A DNA stretch of 64,000 nucleotides. It comes from Vicugna vicugna. Its lineage: Eukaryota. Shown piece by piece: positions 12,901-27,606 of the stretch. Location of the stretch: NCBI GenBank assembly GCA_013265495.1, contig MU058289.1:496001-560000 (forward strand), in the 5' to 3' direction. Both the position numbers and the translations under genes were made by a program. Each line of letters opens with the position of its first letter. Position 1 is the stretch's first letter. The notes below the pieces were generated by a model. That model did not search any database. It was not told the DNA's origin and saw only the letters and a program-made list of their open reading frames with translations.

Positions 12901-15900
12901 CCAGCACAAGATGGGGCAGATGCTGGGCTTCCTCCTCCAGACACCGAAGCAGCTCCCGGCTCTGGGGTGCCACCGCCTCAGATGTGGGGACTACTTTTCG
13001 CTGAACCAAAGCCAGCACCTGTGGGGAAGGAGAGGAGTGGGAATGGCAGTGTAAGGCCACTCGGCCCCCTCCCTAGGAGACCCGGCCCTACCCAGACCTG
13101 ACCCCAACTCCCCTCTCACCTCCCCGGGGCTCCGGCACAGGCGCATCTTGCTGGCTGAGTTACTCTTGATGAGCAGGCGGACCTGTTCCTGTGTTTCCTC
13201 CTAGGCAACCAGAAGGCCAGGGAGATGGGCTGCTTCTCCTCTCACCGCCCAGCCTCTGGCACTGCTCCCCTCTTTGCACAGGCCCTGCTTCCTCCTGGGA
13301 GTTTCACTGGCCCCCTCTCCTCACCAGGAGGCCCAGTTCTGGATCTTAAGGCTCCCAGCCTCACTCTGGCCCTCCCTGGGCCCTGCCACCTCTCCTGGAG
13401 TTCCGACTCTCACCACCAGCTGGCGCCAGTGCAGGATCCGTTGCTGTTTGGCTTGTAGCTCCTGGAGCAGAAGCTGCCGCCGCCCCGCAGCCTCCTCCAG
13501 CTCCTGGCTCAAGGCACGCAGGGCCTTCAGCTCTGCCCACAAGGCACAGCCCCGGAGCCCCAGTACCAATGCCTGCCTGGGGCACAAGTAGAAAAGAGTA
13601 AAGGAGAAGGAAGGTGACTAAGACTCACTGTAGAGAAGGGAGACCAGATCTGCAAGGATGCACAAGGAGTCATAAACAGAGGGAGACAAACCAGGAGAGC
13701 AAGCAGGGAGGCAGAAACAGGAGCTGCAGGGGCAGGAAAAAGTCTAGTATCCCAGCACCACTGGGAGAGAGATGGCCCAGAGGCCTCTGCCCATGGAGAC
13801 CCCTCACCTCTCGCCGGATTCCAAGGTACATCTCTCCATCTCCTCCATCAGGCCCCGGAGGCGCCGGGTCAGGATCTGATGCTCCTTCAGAAGAGGGCCC
13901 CGCTGGGTGACCAGCACACCCACAGACTGCCAGCCCTCCTGGAGTGAGGCATAAAGTTAGGATAGGCATGGTCCCTGGGTGAGGGGATTGAGTGGGTCTT
14001 GGGTTGAGAAGAGGATGGAGTCTTGGGAAGGGTCCTGGGGGGGTCACCTGGATGAGATGCACCATGGATGGCAGGGCCTGGCTGGAGTCTGACTGGTCTG
14101 GTGCCTGGGACCTGGGAACAGGGACAGAGCTTCAGAGGAGGAACCCTGTCCCCTTGCCTGGGCCCTTGTGGGTAGCCAATGTCAGCCTACTTGCCAGATT
14201 GGTTACTGGGTTTCAGTTCCACCCCCATCAGGTCACCCTGCCTGATCCTGACCTGTCCCAACTGACCCAGCCACTGGCCCTGCTCTGACTATGGGAGCTC
14301 CCATTCCACACCTGGCTGTCTCTGTATCTTGAAGCCCATCCAGACTGCACAGGGACCGGATCTCTGCCTCTCGCTCCGCAGCCAGGTGCTCCAAGGCAGC
14401 CAGGACATGGCCCGGGGGGTGGTTTGTCAGCAGTGTCTGGTTGGGGGAGAGGTGAAGTCAGGGCAGGATGGAGGTGGGACTGCGAGCTGGGACTCCATGG
14501 AGAAGGGGTTTGGTCCTGGCACCCTGAGGTTTGACTACCGGGCAGAGGGTGTGGCCATTCTTGAGAGCCCCCCTCACCTCTACTGAGCTAAGCCACTGCT
14601 GGTAGGAAGTTCCAAAGTGGTCATCTCGAGGGATTCTGTGGAGTTGAGGAAGGGGACAGAGAATATTACAAGACACATCAATTCACCTTCTAATGATCAC
14701 CACTACCCCATAAGGTAGGGGCTGTCACTGTCCCCATTTCAAGGATGAGAAACCAGATCCTCTATGCCTACTAGACTTGAGTTCCCCACTTAATATCAAC
14801 TTGTTAGCCTTGGGTCCTTTCACATGGGCTGTTTAGCTGTAACACCCTCTAAACCTTTAACCTTCCTCACCAGAGAACCCATCCTCCCTGCCTCCTTAGC
14901 TCAGGGAGGCAACTCCTCTGGGTACCCAGCGCCTCTCAGGCCTCCCCACCACTGACAGCTGTAACCACCTGGATTGTCACTGTCTATAATGGTCTGTTTC
15001 CCCCTTTTCCCAGGCTGGGAGACCTGTTGGGGCAGGGCCTGGGGCTGACATAGCCCAGAGATTCAGTGTCTATAACAAGTAACTCCTCTCAAAGCCCAGG
15101 TCCTTTGCAGGGTCTCTGGGGGCTGAGGGACACTCACGGAATGCTGCCTGCCTTGGCCTGGGGAATCAGGAGGTTCTGCAGGAACTGGGTCCGGAGGCTG
15201 CAGGCTGTTCGGACATCCCCCTGGGAAGAAGATGTGGCATGATGGTTACCTAACCCCAGAGCCTCCACGCCTTCCCTCCTAGCCCAGGACTCTTACCAGG
15301 ACCACAGGCTCCAGGCCCAGGGCTGCTGACGTCAAGGGTCCAAAGTGTACATCCACTTTGGCCTTCCTGGAGAGATGAGTGCAGTTAGGGCTGGGGTCCT
15401 GGGAAGAGACAACTGGCAGAACAATGCCTGTGTCCCCTCTTGCTGCCAGCAAAGCTAGTCACAGGGATCACTAAGCCTGGACCTCCGAGGCCAACCCAAA
15501 TTCCGCCACTGTCATCTCCTGGTTGGATGGCTGCATTAACTTCCTCTTGGGTCTCCCTGCTCTTAGCCCCTGCAGTCTGTTCCCATCCAGTAGTCAATGA
15601 TCCTGTTAAAACCTCAGAAAATCAAAATCACGTCACTGTTTTGCCCAAAACTCTCAAAAACAATGTGGTGTGTTCCCATCACACTCAGAATGACAGTGGG
15701 TATTAGGAACTCTTCTAAGCAGACTGCATGATTTAACTCACTTAATTATCAAATCTACCCTAAGGGATAGGTATTAATATTATCCCCATTCTACAGACCT
15801 TAGAAACTGAGGCACAAAGAAGTTAAATACTTTGTACAGGGTCACACTGCTGTTAAGTGGCCGAGTCAGGGCAGGAACTCAGTCTCAGGGTAGAGTTCCA

Positions 15901-18607
15901 ATGCCTCCCTGGTGCTCTGTCCACCTCTCCAACCTTACCTCCTCATGCTCTCCCTCTTGCCAACGAAACTTAAGCTGAACTGGCCTCCCAGCTGTTCTTC
16001 CCACAGGCCAAGCTCAGGGCTCTGCTCTCACTGTCTCTCTGCTTGGAAATTCCTCCCACAACTCAAATGTTCCCTCCTCAGAGAGGCCTTCTCTGGCCAT
16101 CCTACCTGGAGTAGCACCTCGCTCTCCCTTTCTACCATATCACTTTTTCTTTACAGCACTTATCTCCACCTGCGATTATAGGTTTGCCTGCTTCCTAGTT
16201 TACCGTCTGTCTCCATTGCATCAGAGCATGAGCTCCATGAGGGCAGGACTATCCCTTGTTTACTGTCTTCCCCCCAGCACTGGTATTCCAAGTATATAGT
16301 TGGCACAGTTCTAGGCCCTGGAAATACAGGGGGCTGAGATGACAAAACTTCCTGGCCTCACAGACATTAAATCCTAAGGAGTGGCACTCAGAATTCTGGA
16401 ACCCAAGAAGGGGTCAGGGTAGAGCACTGGGACCTCTAAGAAAGTGTCTGCCCAGCCTGGTGAGGGCTGGTCCCTGGGCACCCGAGGCCCACCTCTCTAT
16501 ATCCTGCAAGCGCTTGAGCTGATTCTGCAGTCGCTGCATGGGAACTTGGAGCCCCCGCTGCTGTCTTCGCATGGCCCCAGCTTGAGCCCGGAGGAGGAGA
16601 GCGCGACGCTGGGTGTCTTGCATGCTCTGTAGGGCCTGTTCCATGGCCATGTCTGTGAGAGGAACAGAGGTGGCCATCAGTACCTTCCCTAACCCTATTC
16701 TGCTGCCCATCTGTCCAGCCCCATGGGTCACCCTGAGCCTCAGTCTCTCGCTCCATCAGCTCCAGGCTCTGGTTTAACTCCAGGATCTCTGCCCGCAGGC
16801 GGGCAACAGCAGCTTCCAGCTCCAACTTCCGACGGGCCTGGTGGAATCAGGTACAGGGTCAGATGCATGGTCTGGCTGGGGCTCGGCCTGGCCTGACTGC
16901 CCTTTGTGGAGCACCAGGCTCTCATCTGCCCAGGTGGGTGGCAGAAGGTTTTTCCTAAGCAGTTTCTGTGCTTGAAACTCTGGGCCCAGAATAGCACAAG
17001 GGTACTATCTTGTCCTCCTCTTCCTCCTGGGATTGCCTCACCCCTCAATCTATTTATTGTCCTCACCTCCCCACTGAGCTCCACACCTGTGAGTCCTGAG
17101 GTCTCCAGGAAGCCTCCCCCTAGATGTCACCTGGGCACCATGCACACACTAGGTCCCATACTGGCCTCAGTATCTCTCCCAAACCAGTCTCTTCTCCCAT
17201 CTCCCTCACCAGCTTTGATGCCTCATATCCGTGTCCCCCAACCCCCAGCTCATGCCTTCTCCCCCTGGACGGTAAGCCCCATGAGTGCAGGGATCAGGGC
17301 TGTCTTGTGACACAGTGGCCCTAGCATCACCCAGTACAAGGCTGGGCCCAGAGCAGGTCTACAGATCCTCTTTTTGGATGAAATAATATCTTGCGCTGCA
17401 TGCTTCTCACCTCTGGACTGTCCTGGTGGCCATACCTGAGGAAATAAGGTGAGAGTTAGAGGATGACAGGGACTTCCAGGGGGAGACAGGAGGTGTGAGG
17501 TTGTGGGCGGGGACATGGCTGGATGGGACTGGGTCAGACAGGAGGGGATAGCTTTGAGGACCAATTACCAGAGTAGGTTTCCCCGGATCTTCTTGACATT
17601 CCTATAGTGGAGAGGGAGGAGGAAGGGCAGTTACTGTGGGACTTGCTTGGGTCCCCTTCCCTGCCACAGCTTCCCTCATGCAGCCAGGCTAACCTCTGGT
17701 TGTGTACATGCCGCAAGACGTAGGCCCAGATGTCGGCCCCTTGGCCCAGACACAGCCTGTGGGAACAGCATATAAGGGTATGCTTGGGACATCACACAGG
17801 GTGGAGGATCCTCATTCACAGAGGGGTGGGGTGGGGTGGGGGGTATGGTCTTTACTAGGGAATTCTCACCTCTGGGAGGAGGGTGAGTCCATACTTCCAG
17901 GGGTAAGATATTCCCTCCTGGGGAATAGTGAGTTTCTCATTGGGTGTAGGGGTATTCTCAATCCCTGGTGGGGTGCTCCCTTTCTCCTTGGTAGAGGGTT
18001 ATCTTCAGTCACCTCTAGAGGTGGAGGTGAGGGCTATACTGTCAGGAAGTGCTCTCTCATTAACAGATGTGAGTCATCACTCCTACAGATTCAATCTCCA
18101 CAATGGAGTGGTCTTTGCTGACTCCAAAGTGTCCTCGCTGGCTGGGCTGGGGTGGGTGGTGAAGTGCTGCAGGGACAGCCTTATCCTGGAGATCCAATTT
18201 TCACATGAATAATAATGAAGGGGACTTCATTATTAACTCATGGAGGATCCCCACTGGTGTCAGGGACCTCACTCTAGGTGGCCTCACAGGGTGAGGGTGG
18301 GAGTGTGGGGGTCAGGGTCAGGACGTCCTCACTCAATTCAGGATCCTCTGCCTGAATGTACCACTCGAGGGGCAGGAGCGCCCTCAACGATTATTTTCCC
18401 TGGGATAGAGGAGGAGGGGGAGGAAAGCGCGTCTCCGATGAAGATGTGGTTCTCACTCCCGGAGACTATCTCCAGGGTGGGGAGCCCTCACTCCCAGAGC
18501 GGCCCTCACCTGCGCAGCGTCGACTCCGAGGCCCGGGCCGCCACAGGCGCCTCCATCTCTTTGGCCGCCCAGGAACTCAGTTCCCGCGCTTCCTGCGCTA
18601 ACTCCAT
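9948..18607 (-). CDS. HAUS5: HAUS augmin-like complex subunit 5, complete, 19 coding exons, 633 aa
   Basis: Exons 18510-18607, 17694-17756, 17569-17601, 17411-17435, 16732-16837, 16493-16652, 15297-15366, 15138-15220, 14578-14635, 14312-14436, 14048-14111, 13808-13938, 13414-13576, 13120-13200, 12873-13018, 12524-12635, 12315-12447, 10206-10338 and 9948-10065. All introns are GT-AG and the exons sum to 1902 nt in one open frame, [45 protein letters not shown]...[39 protein letters not shown]. Confidence 0.97.
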
Positions 18608-18850
18608 GACAGCGCCGCCGCCGCAGCCGCCGCCGCCGGCGCCTCCCGCCCCCTCTTCAAGTGTGGCCTCCGCCTCTGATGTCACGAGTGCGCCGGAAGT
18701 GACGCAACCCGCCGCCAGGCAGGCGGGGATTTTTCCGGCTCTGCAAGGTCTCAGAGCCAACCTCTAGCTATCACGCCTCCGGCAGGGATCGGTCCCATTT
18801 AGCCAGGATGAAAGGGGCGTGGAGAAACGGTGGGGCCCGTTCTCTTTCCT
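18608..18850 (-). promoter_or_regulatory. HAUS5 CpG-island promoter and 5' UTR
   Basis: CpG-rich with a (GCC)n tract just upstream of the ATG. Composite ETS plus CRE-half motif CCGGAAGTGACG at 18693-18704. Confidence 0.75.
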
Positions 18851-20114
18851 ACTATTAGCTGTTCCCTAAGAGGCAAAAGGTCCCTAATAACTCCTTTAAT
18901 TTTCTAGGCAAAATGGGGCATTCATCCTAGGAGGCTGAGAATCGGGCGAGGAGATGCCAAATTTGCTGCTCTTTGGTTTAAGACACAGGGTGTCTCAGGT
19001 CTGAGTGAGGGATAGAGGGCAGGTGACGTGACCCTAATATCTTCCTGGCGTGCTTTCTTCTAGATATTCGTTCGGCCTTACCGTTCCGTAACATTCGTGA
19101 GCTGACTCTGTGCTGGGGACACCCCGGTGGCTGAGACAGCCCCAGTCTCCCTACTTCGGAGCTCACAGTTCAGTGGGGACATAGACGCATCACCAGGTAG
19201 GGATGGTAGAACATATGCAGTAGGGGTGGGTCACTGTGGGACTCACGGAGAGTGAGATATGTGGAGTGTCCCAGAAGGCACTGGTTACTAGGGCTGGAGT
19301 CCTCGAGAGCCCAGCCCACTCAGCGTCAGACATGGCCCTGAGAAATGGCAACATTCAGGGAACTTTAATTCAATATGCTTGCACTGGTCACCACTCTGTC
19401 CTCAGTGTCCAGTACAGAGCCTGACTCTCCTGGGTTGTTGAGTAAACAAATAGTTGGGGGGGGAAAAGGGGGGGGGGTTCGGGGTGGGGAGGTGATGGCG
19501 TGAGACAAAAGCAGGGAACCTAGGGAGGGGGATGGAGCAGAATGAGGGGAGGAGAAGGGTGAGGACAGTGCTGGACCACTGTAGGGCTGTGGAGCAGAGA
19601 CGAGGTTGGATGGGTCATGAGATTGATTGACTTGAGGGTATCTGGGGTGAGATCCAGGGCTCTAGGCTGGGGATTAGGTGGAATAGACCTTGAAATGGGG
19701 AAGTAAGAGAAGGGACAGCTTTGGGGGAGATGCTGATACAATGTGGGACTCTATGGGTGTGAGGAGCCAAGGGGACATCCCAAGGTCAGCTGAGTCTCCG
19801 GACCAGGGACAAGGGGACCATGAGGTCACTACTGAGACAGTAGATTTCAGGGAGAAGCTGAGTTCAGCTTCAAATGCTTCATAAGGGCTGAGATGCAGAA
19901 GAAGTTGCCAGGGGTTGCTGTAACCCAGGTGGGCTTCCCGGAAGAAAGATTAGCAGCTGCTACTCCACGATCCTGATATTTCGACAGTTTCCATTTCTCT
20001 TAAACTTCTGCACCCTTCTGACCTTTGTTCTGCTATATAAGAAAATCAGTTAGACAACATGTTTGCCGTCTGTCTCTGAGCCTTTCAAGGGGCATTAGAT
20101 AGTATTGGCTATTA

Positions 20115-20960
20115 AAGGAATGAAAAGACAAGTCACAGACTGGGAGTAAATATTTGCAAAACACTTACCTGATTATTGACTTATACACAAAACATACAAA
20201 GAACTTTTAAAACTCAACCATAAGAGAACAATGTAACTTAAAAATGAACGAAAATTACAAATAGATGTCTCACCGAAGAAGATACATAGATGGCAAATAA
20301 GCATATGAAGAGTTGTTCAACATCATAGGTCATTAGGGAGTTGCAAATTAAACAACAGTGGGATACCTCAACACACACACCTCTTAAAATGTCTGCAACC
20401 CAAAACAATGTCAACACCAAATGGTGTTGATGATGTGAAGCACCAGGAACTCTCATTCATTGCTGGTGGAAATGCAGAATGATAAGGCTGCTTTGGAAGA
20501 CAATTTGAAAAGGCCGTATGCTGTATTATTACAACTATATGGCATTGTGGGAAAGGCAAAACTATAGAAAGCAGTAAAAAAGATGAGTATTTGCCAAGGG
20601 GTCATGGTGGGTTGGGGAAAAGGGTGAAACGGTGAAACACAGAGGGTGTTTTTTTTAGAAGGGTGAAACTGTTTTGTATGATACTGTAATGGTGGATATG
20701 TCTTCCTATACATTTGTAAAAAGCCATAGAATTGTACAACACAGAGTGAGCCCTAATGTAGGGCATGGATTCTAGTTAGGAATAATGTTTCACTGTTGGT
20801 CATCAATTGTAACAGAGGTACCATACTCCTGCAAGATGGTAATAATAGAGGAAAATGTGTGTGGAGGGAGGGGATGTATATAGGAACTTAATTTTTTGTG
20901 TGATTTTTCCCTAAGCATAAAACTGCTCACAAAAAATAAAGTCTATTTTAAAAAATTATT
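20115..20960 (+). mobile_element. Old L1 (L1M-type) 3' fragment
   Basis: Sense ORF2-end and 3' UTR motifs (gatggcaaataagcatatgaaga, cattagggagttgcaaattaaac), decayed. Confidence 0.75.
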
Positions 20961-21249
20961 GGCTGAAAGCTGGAATATTGTTTAATAATATCTATAACCA
21001 TAACCTAATGACAATTAGTCAGATGCACTTGACTCCAGCTAAGTAATTACATATAAATATAAAAGCATTCTGTATGTTTTGGATGACGAATTAAAGCCAT
21101 GTAAGAGATAACTACCAGCGGTTTCCCTCCAACTCTAAAAAAAGCCGCCCAGGGGTTATTAAACACATCCCCACATGATACCCAAAGATGGTCATGTGAC
21201 CATCTCCCCAGCAACCACTAACCATCTTCTCCCCACTCTCCTCCAGTCT

Positions 21250-21814
21250 CTGTATGGTGGCTTTGTAATGTGTCGGCTTGACTAGGCTGAATGAACTATA
21301 TTTTAGAATTACCTTCTCTGTATGCGTCCAATTAGGATGGGCCAAGAGACTCTTGGGGAAGATTTGGAGGGCAGAAGTGAGGCAGCTGCCATTTTGTAGA
21401 TCACACAGGTTATCACTGGCTGGCTGCTCGTTCATTGTCTTTGCATAGGGCAGCAGCCAAGCCAGCAACTGTTTCCCCTTCTCCTGGATCTTCCTTCAAC
21501 TTCTTCAACTCCTGGGCCAGGTGTGTGTTTAGCTCCATGATGAAGGATACCAGCTTCTGTGCATGCTCACAACGGCAAAGCCAGGGGCAAGCTTGTTCCA
21601 GCTCATCCTAGCTTCCCCCTTGCTTTCCATCTGTCTTTCCTCCCTTACTGCCATTCCTGTGCATTTTGAATGCCAGCATCAGACACTAAGACAACAGTCT
21701 TAGGGACTGCTTAGTGACTCCACCAACCGTATAAGGTCAAATTCCTGTCTGTCTGTCTATCTACCTATCATATCTGTCGTAGTGGTTCAGGCCCCCTGAT
21801 TGAACCCTGATACA
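21250..21814. mobile_element. MLT2/ERVL-type solo LTR
   Basis: Termini tgt..gtggctttgtaatgtgtcggcttgactaggctg and gtggttc...ctgattgaaccctgataca resemble MLT2 LTRs. Confidence 0.55.
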
Positions 21815-22084
21815 ACCCTCTTCAATGAGGAGACTGAGGCTAGGGTAGGGAACCCAGGCAGAGGATGACAAGACTGAAGCATAGCCAGGGGCTGGTGGAA
21901 TGATGATTGGGCTGAATGGAAGGCACTTATCTTAGGTTAAGATCTTTCCAGAGAGGAAAGCAGTGTTCTCACTGGGACAGTACCTGTCAAGACTACCTCC
22001 CACATCTGGGCTTTTATTCCTACTGTGCCGACTAAACCAATCACCCTTCTTTCAAAGGCTACCTCCTCCTCATGTTTTTGGTCT

Positions 22085-25000
22085 TCTCCCCCACTTTATT
22101 GATTTATTTAAAATTGAAATATAGTTAACACACACCGTTATATTAGTTTCAGGTATACAACATAGTGATGTGATATTTTTATGTATTATGAAATGATCAT
22201 CACAGTAATTCCAGTTACTACCTGTCACCATACAAAGTTGTTACATTATTATTGGCTAGATTCCCTATGCTGTACATTGTACCTCCTTGACTTACTTATT
22301 TTATAGCAGGAAGTTTGTATCTCTTAATCCGCTTCACCTATTTCATCTGTTCCCCCACCCTCTTCCCACTAGCGACTACCATTTTATTCTCTCTAACTGT
22401 GAATCTGTTTCTGTTTTGTTTGTTCATTTGTTTTGTTCTTTAGATTCTACATATAAATGAAATCATACAGGATTTGTTTTTCTCTGTCTGTCTTATTTAA
22501 CTTAGCATAACACCGTGCAGTTTCATCCATGTTGCTACAAATGGCAAGAATTCATTCTTTTTTATACTGGGTAATATAATTTTTGTGTGTGTGTGTGTGT
22601 GTATCACATTTCCTTTGTCTTCTTTATCTGTTCATCTATCAATGGACACCTGGTTGTTTCCATATCTTGCTATTGTAAATAGTGCTGCAATGAAAATAGG
22701 AATATGTATATCTTTTTGAATTCATGTTTTCATTTTCTTTGGATAAAAATGCAGAAGTGGAATTGCTGGATTGTACGGTAGTTCTATTTTTAATTATTTG
22801 AAGAATCTCCACTGTTTTCCACAGTAGCTGAGTCAATTTACATTCCCACTAATAGTGCACAAGGGTTCCCTTTTTTCCACATCCTGGTCAACACTTTTTT
22901 ATTCGTTTCCTTTTTTATGATAGCCATTCTGGCAGGTGTGAGGTGATATCTCATTGTGGTTTTGATTTGCATTTCCCTAATGATTAGTGATGTTGAGGAT
23001 CTTTTCATGTGCTTGTTGGACATCTGTATGTCTTTGGGAAAATGCCTGTTCAGGTCACTGGCCCATTTTTTCAATCAGGTTTTTTTTTTTTATACTAAGT
23101 TGTATGAGTGCTTACTATATTTTGGATATCAAACCCTTATTAGATATATTGTTTGCAAATATTTCCTTTCGTTCAGACAGCCTTTTTGTTTTGTTGGTGG
23201 TTTCCTTTTTTGTTGGTGGTTTCCTTTGTTGTGCAAAGCCTCTTAATTTGATGTAGTCTCATTTGTTTATTTTTGCTTTTGCTTCCCTTGGCTGAGGAGA
23301 CATCAAAAAATATTGCTAAGACTGATGTCAGGAGTATACTCTCTTTGTTTTCTTTGAGGAGTTTTGTGATTTCAGGTCTTACATTTAAGTCTTTAATCTA
23401 TTTTGAGTTAATTTTTATATGTGGTATAAGAAAGTGGCCAGTTTCATCCTTTATGTGTGGAGCTGCGCAGTTTTCTCAACACCATTTATTGAAGAGGCTG
23501 TCTTTTCCCCTTGTGTATTCTTGCCTCCTTTGTTGTAGATTAATTGACCATAGGTATGTGGGTTTATTTTCAGCTCTTTATTCTGTTCCATTGATCTATG
23601 TGTCTGTTTTTGAGACAATATCATACTGTTTTGATTATTGTAGCTTTGTAATATAGTCTGAAGTCTGGGAGGGTTATATGGCCAGCTTTGTTCTTTTTCC
23701 TCGGGACTGATTTGGCAATTTGGGGTATTTTGTGGTTCCATATAAGTTTTAGGATTATTTGTTCTAGTTCTGTGAAAAATGTCATGGGTATTTTGATAGG
23801 GATTGCATTAAATCTGTAGATTGTTTTGGGTTGGATGGCCATTTTAATATTATTAATTCTTCCACTCCAAGAGCACAGAATATCTCTCTATTTCTTTGAA
23901 TCATTTTCAGTTTCCTTCATCAGTGCTTTGTAGTTTTCAGAGTATAAGTCTTCCATCTCCTTGGTTATGTATATTCCTAGGTATTTTATTTTATTATTTG
24001 ATATGATTTTTAAAATTAATTAATTAATTAATTTTCTTACTTACTTACTTTATTACTTACTTTAAGAATCTCTCTCTTTTTTTTTAACTTTTGCCATTTT
24101 AATTATAATGTCTTGGTGTGGATTTCTTTGGGATGATCTTGTTTGAGACTCTGTAATTCCTGGACCTGGATGTCTCTTCCCTTCCCCAGGTTAAGATAAT
24201 TTTTGACTATTATTTCTTCAAATAAGCTTTCTCTCTCTCTTAACTTCCTGGGACCCAAATAACATGAATGTTAGTAAGTTTGATACTGTCCTAGAGGTCC
24301 CTTCAAACATCCTTGTTTGAAAAAATCATTTTTCTTCTTGCTGTTCTGATTGGGTGATTTCCACTATTCTATATTCCAGATCACTTATCTGTTCTCCTGT
24401 ATCATCAATCTGTTGTTGATTCCCTCTAGTGTAGTTTTCATTTTAGTTATTGTATCTTTCAGCTCTGATTGGTTCTTTCTTATATTTTCTAACTCTTTTG
24501 GACATTCTCACTGAGTTCATCCATTCTTCTCCTGAGTTCTGTAAGCATCTTTATGACCATTGCTTTTAACTCTTTATCAGGTAAATTACTTATCTCTATT
24601 CCGTTAGGGTTTTTTTTTCCTGGGGTTTTCTCTTATTCTTTTGTTCAGAGCCTATTCCTTTGTCTCCTCATTTTGTTTTACTTTCTGTGTTTGTTTTTAT
24701 GAATTAGGTGAACCAGCTACCTCTCTCAATCTGGAAGGAGGGGCCTTGTGTGAGAGCATCCCCTGTGTAGACTGCCTATGCCAGGAGGCTTTGGCAGGCC
24801 TGCTGGAGCAGAAGTGGGCATGGGCTGGGCTTAGTCCCTGGGCACTCTGTGCTGGTGTCCTTGGCAGACAGCTGGAGGCTAGCATGGACCGAAGGGAACC
24901 CTGGAGCATGTTGTGCCAAGCCTTCCTGGTGGGCAGCTGGAGCTGGAGCATGTGCGAGCTGGGGCAATCTTGGGGTGCACCATGCTGCAGTAGTCTCGGC

Positions 25001-25445
25001 AGGGCAGCTGGGGCTGGAGCTGCAGCATGCACAGGCTGGAGGGGAGTCCTGGGAGGATCAAACATGGTACTTGCTGGCACCTTCAACGCTGGAGAGAGTT
25101 CCAGCAGTTCCCTACCCATTGGACAGATACTCTAAGGTTAGTAATTAGATTTCCCTTCTATATAGTCTCAGTGTCCTTTAAACCGCTGTGTTTTTCCCCC
25201 TCGTGTCCCAGGATGGGTGAGTCTGCACTCAGGCCCTTCAGTGATATCCTTCCCTACTGCAGGTCATCATGTTGAGGGGAGTGTGTTTCCATGGATATCA
25301 CTGTCTCTGTCTTTCCTCTCCATTTTTATGTGGTCCCTCTATGTGCAAATTCTTCTTCAGGAAGAATTTCTCCATATGTAGGTGTAGACTGGGTGTGTCC
25401 AAGGGAGGAGGTGGGCTCAGAGGTCTTCCTGTGCTGCCACCTTTC
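22085..25445 (-). mobile_element. L1 with large internal deletion (3' UTR and ORF2 C-terminus joined to ORF1/5' UTR-like sequence)
   Basis: ORFs 23621-23842, 22838-23074 and 22639-22836 are broken ORF2 segments ([42 protein letters not shown]). 24070-25445 resembles antisense ORF1 plus a GC-rich 5' UTR. Similar flanking motifs ctcctcctcatgttttt and ctcatcctttatgttttt. Confidence 0.75.
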
Positions 25446-27606
25446 CCCTCATCCTTTATGTTTTTAACTTAGATGTGCCCTTCCAGGGAAGCCTTCTCTG
25501 ACCCCCTGGTTTGTTGAATAACCTCCTCTGGATTGTCACATCTAAGCCTCCTTTCAATGACAAATGTCTGAAAACTCAACTCAAAGTAGTGCCCCCCCAC
25601 CCCAAACAAGAGATATCTTGGTTCACATGATTTTAAAATGTATACTACTTCATCCTGATTTAGGTAAGGTGTGATCCAGCAACTCAAACACTGGCAGGCA
25701 GTTATGATAAGCAAAGGCTCTGCAATGTGGCTGACTAGTTTTGAATTCTGCTTCCACCACGGACAGGCTGGATGATCTTGGGCAAGTCTCTCAGTCTTTC
25801 TGGCCTCATTTTCCTTATTTATGAATTGGGGACAATACTAATAATTCCTACTTTTCAGAGTTGTTATGGGGTTTAAATGAAATGATATGCATAAGCTCCT
25901 TGAACAATGATGGGCACCCAGTTGACTGCTCAGTGGCTGTGATGACAGTGATGACAGTGACATCACTGAGGACCCAGGTTCCTGCTCCTCTGCTTCCTAG
26001 TACTTGCTTCTTCCTTGGCTCCTCCTCCATCCTGGCAGCCCCAGGCTCTTTCATGTGGCTGTGGAATGGCTTACTCTGCCTCTCTGAGGTTAGAGAGAAA
26101 GATGCGGGCTTAGAGGCTAACATGGAAGAGGTAGGCTGCTTCTATAAGCTCTATGAACCATTCATTTAAGTCTCATTGTCTCAGTAAGGGTCACATGCCC
26201 ACTGCTGAACTAATCACTGAGCCAGAACATGACTCCCCACACTTCTAGTGACCACTACACTATACCTCCCAGACTTACTTCTCACCCCCTTCTCCAGCTC
26301 AGACAAGGGCAGCTCTGTCCTTCCAGCTCCTGAGGCCAAAAATCTCTCTTTTTCTCTCCCACTCATATTATACACCAGCAATTCCTGTTTACTCCACCTT
26401 TAAAGTTCATCAAAGCTTTTCCTTTTTCACTTCCCCAAGTCTGGCCTGATATTCCATCACCTCCCATCTGGACTATCACAGCAGTCTCCCTGCCATCACA
26501 TTTCCCCCACAGTCTGCTCCCCTCTGGAGTCACAGAGAGCCAGGTAACACCCAAGACAGCTCATGTCACTCCTCTGTTCAAAGTCTGTTCATGTCACTCG
26601 GAGGAAAGTAAGCTCTCCTCCATGTTACCTTCCATTACCTCCCTGATTTCATCTCTAATCATTCCCTGCCTTGCTCACTTCACTTCAGCTACACTGGCCC
26701 CCTTACTGTATCTTAGAAATATCAGACATGCTCCTCCCTCCAGGCCTTTGAACTCACAGTTCTGTCTGCCTGGGCCTCTCTTCACCTAGATGTCTGCCTG
26801 GCTTCCTCACTTAAGTCCTGCAAGACTTAGCTCAAAAGTCAGATCTGCACTGGGGCATTACCTGCCTCCTTATTTAAAATTACAGCCCCGCACGCATCTC
26901 CAGTATTTCCAATCACCCTTACTCTGCTTTATTTGTTCCCACAGCACTCTTTAATATTTTACTACTTACTATGTTTATTATCTTTCACACCCCACCAGAT
27001 TGTAAGACCCATGAGGTAGGATTTTTTCGTCTCCTTTGTTCAGTAATGTGTCCCTAATGCCTGGCACAAAAAAAACATGCACAATACAAATTTGCTGAAT
27101 GAAAGAATAAATGAAAGAACAACTCACAGCCCTGTCTGTTGATGATTCTGCCTTCCCCACTGGACTGTGGATTTTCTGAGGGCAGTGAAGGGGTCTGTCT
27201 TGGTCACTGCTGTGTCCCCAGCATCACCCAACACAAAGCCAGGCATGGAGGGGGTTGGGAGGTCCTACAGGTGGGTGGCTGTATGTTTGCAAAATATTCC
27301 TGTGAGCAGATCTTTATCAGATGGAAGGTGAAGAACCAGTGTTGGGTTCCTCTTCAGGAGAGGTGGAAATGGGGACATCTTTGGGACTTTCATAAACACC
27401 TACAAGAATTCTTACAAGAAGGAGAGAACCCCACCTATTTTGGAGAGTGGAAGATGTGTGACGTTAACTTACTGCCACATTGGCCTCCTTATCACTCCTT
27501 GAATTGCCAAGCTCATTCCAGCTTTTCCTTTCCACTTGCTGTTCCTGGAGCAGCTCTCAACTTTGGCTTCTGTGTCTCAGCTCAAAGAACATTTTAGAAA
27601 GGTGTC

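Noticed and set aside
9659..18767. Many overlapping 60-200 aa ORFs across HAUS5
   Set aside because: Explained as antisense or alternate frames, or intron read-through, of the HAUS5 exons.
18850..20100. Divergent lncRNA from the HAUS5 promoter
   Set aside because: Plausible for an ETS-type CpG promoter, but no exon structure can be supported from sequence alone.
24641..25275. Cluster of GC-rich ORFs up to 164 aa
   Set aside because: Lies within the GC-rich 5' region of a decayed L1; no coding signature.
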